From Wallemia ichthyophaga EXF-994 (lineage: Eukaryota > Fungi > Basidiomycota): a stretch of DNA of 32,000 bases. Of this stretch, positions 30,703-32,000 are shown piece by piece. The stretch covers positions 180,001 to 212,000 of the forward strand of contig NW_008806282.1 in NCBI RefSeq assembly GCF_000400465.1, written 5' to 3'. The number at the start of each line of letters is the position of its first letter. Position 1 is the first letter of the stretch. The notes under the pieces are model-generated. The model was not told the origin of the DNA, made no database searches, and worked only from the letters and a program-made list of their open reading frames with translations. Made by a program: the position numbers and the translations under genes.

Positions 30703-31263
30703 TATTTTGGTCCGAATGAAGCTAAAGCAAGCGACTAGGGACACCGTTTATCAATTTTACACTTATCCGATGACCACGGCCGTTGAGTGAGCAAGGCCGG
30801 TGATGGGCGGAAATGGGCGTGGTGAGTAAACGTTTCTGTTCTAATCACCTGCCAGCTTGTGTTTTAGTGTGTTTAGTCTCCACGTGATTTAGGTCATTCG
30901 GCGAAGATTGATAACGTTGTGGGGTAATTAATTCTCATTATAATTCTAGACTTGTATTTGTACTGCCCTGTTTACGTCTTGTAGTCTTGTGAGCTGCTTT
31001 ATCTTTCGCATCCGATACTCCGAAAAGTTAGACGAAACTCAAACTCATATGATTCACTTTGTGTGCAGTTTCTGAAGAGGATTAGGAACGCGCTAATTTC
31101 CGATAATTCATTGCGTAGATACTGTATCGCAACTTCAAAGCTAACCCTCCATATCATCATGTCTCCGTTCCTGTCACATAATCAGCGCACTCTCCAACAC
31201 CCATTTGCAGCGCATAATGTCACATTAATTCATACATAATTTCATCAAACAATCATTATCCCT

Positions 31264-32000
31264 TTATTTGCCAACGAGGTGCTCTACTTTGGCCTGTGCG
31301 CGGGAGAGACCAGCCTTTCCAATTTGAGAGAGGATGGTGCCAGTATCTTTTTCATCCTTGAAGTAGATGTAGCCGAGCATTTCAGAGCCGTCGTTGTATC
31401 TCTTGTTTTTGTTTGCACCTTCCAAAGTCTGGACATCCTCAGCACTCAATGCAACAACAGACTCAAAGTTCTCCTTGATTCTTGAAACTGTCTTTGGGAT
31501 TGGTGAAATGTTCTTCGCAAGAAGGAACGAAAGCGCTATTCCGTGGTTAGAAGTTTGGTATTTCTGCGCCAAAGCCTTCACAGCTGGATCTTCTACAACT
31601 TCAGCGTTCGAGCCGTAGATGTGGTTCAAACCACCAAATGGACTGTAAGCAGTGACTTGGATGCCCTGTGATTGTGCGTACTTGACCAACTCAGGTTGTT
31701 GGTTGTAGACGTGTAATTCAACTTGGAGAGATGATGGTCTGATTTTTGCCGTCTTGAGGAGGTCTGCAATTTCCGACTTTGTGTAGTTGGAGATACCAAT
31801 GTTCTTACATTTTTGTGGGACTTGGGTTTCCATTGCAGCCCACGTGTCCTTCTCCTCAACATTGTGGTCTTTGAGTGGGAAACCCTTGTCGTCTTGTGGG
31901 ATTTGAGCGGATCCATCGTAGTTTGGTCCTGTTGCAAGGGCACCTGGCCAGTGAATCAAGTACAAGTCAAGGTACTCTAATTGGAGGTCCTCGAGAGTCT
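31264..32000 (-). CDS. Aldo-keto reductase (Gcy1/Ypr1-like), 5' end beyond right edge
   Basis: DLYLIHWP, KNIGISNY, LQVELH, TAYSPFG, PIPKT; TAA at 31264. Confidence 0.92.
   Translation of the reverse strand, partial: TLEDLQLEYLDLYLIHWPGALATGPNYDGSAQIPQDDKGFPLKDHNVEEKDTWAAMETQVPQKCKNIGISNYTKSEIADLLKTAKIRPSSLQVELHVYNQQPELVKYAQSQGIQVTAYSPFGGLNHIYGSNAEVVEDPAVKALAQKYQTSNHGIALSFLLAKNISPIPKTVSRIKENFESVVALSAEDVQTLEGANKNKRYNDGSEMLGYIYFKDEKDTGTILSQIGKAGLSRAQAKVEHLVGK

Noticed and set aside
31141-31148. CTAACCCT, resembling a telomerase RNA template for TTAGGG repeats
   Set aside because: Only 8 nt, not followed by AA(C), with no supporting structure seen; it lies in ordinary AKR 3'/ODC1 5' intergenic DNA, so chance is likely.
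9028-32000. Polyol dehydrogenase and aldo-keto reductase as a polyol/osmolyte gene cluster
   Set aside because: They are about 21 kb apart, separated by unrelated housekeeping genes; there is no evidence of clustering.

Overview
This is eukaryotic (fungal) genomic DNA, not prokaryotic. It holds about 22 tightly packed protein-coding genes with short GT-AG introns (42-50 nt where counted; donors mostly GTGAGT/GTGGGT/GTGCGT). The compactness, intron size and protein sequences suggest a basidiomycete with a reduced genome, possibly Wallemia-like (inference, not verified). Gene order: 6PF2K/FBPase-like (-, runs off the left edge), SCO1 (-), YTA7/ATAD2 (+), orphan Pro-rich protein (-), Mba1/MRPL45-like (-), xylitol/sorbitol dehydrogenase (-), cystathionine gamma-synthase (-), RPL24 (-), SYN8-like SNARE (+), NDT80-like transcription factor (-), DPB2 (+), F-box/LRR-like (+), small SET protein (+), TPT/SLC35 transporter (-), alpha/beta hydrolase (+), TKL-type kinase (-), EH-domain protein (+), WRN/EXD2-like 3'-5' exonuclease (-), Pex8-like (+), ODC carrier (-), aldo-keto reductase (-, runs off the right edge). 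I saw no rRNA, tRNA, transposon or CRISPR signal by eye. The most unusual observations are: (1) a TKL-type kinase that lacks the beta3 catalytic lysine but has a lysine at the WNK position of the Gly-loop, fused to putative helix-extension-helix repeats; (2) head-to-head genes whose start codons are only 25-86 nt apart, with CAACGA recurring in every divergent spacer; (3) an NDT80-like gene whose CDS overlaps the SYN8 CDS tail-to-tail, with MSE-like repeats about 1.8 kb away; (4) same-strand genes only 28-76 nt apart, which are candidate polycistronic units. Exon boundaries and starts were derived by hand and need RNA-seq confirmation.
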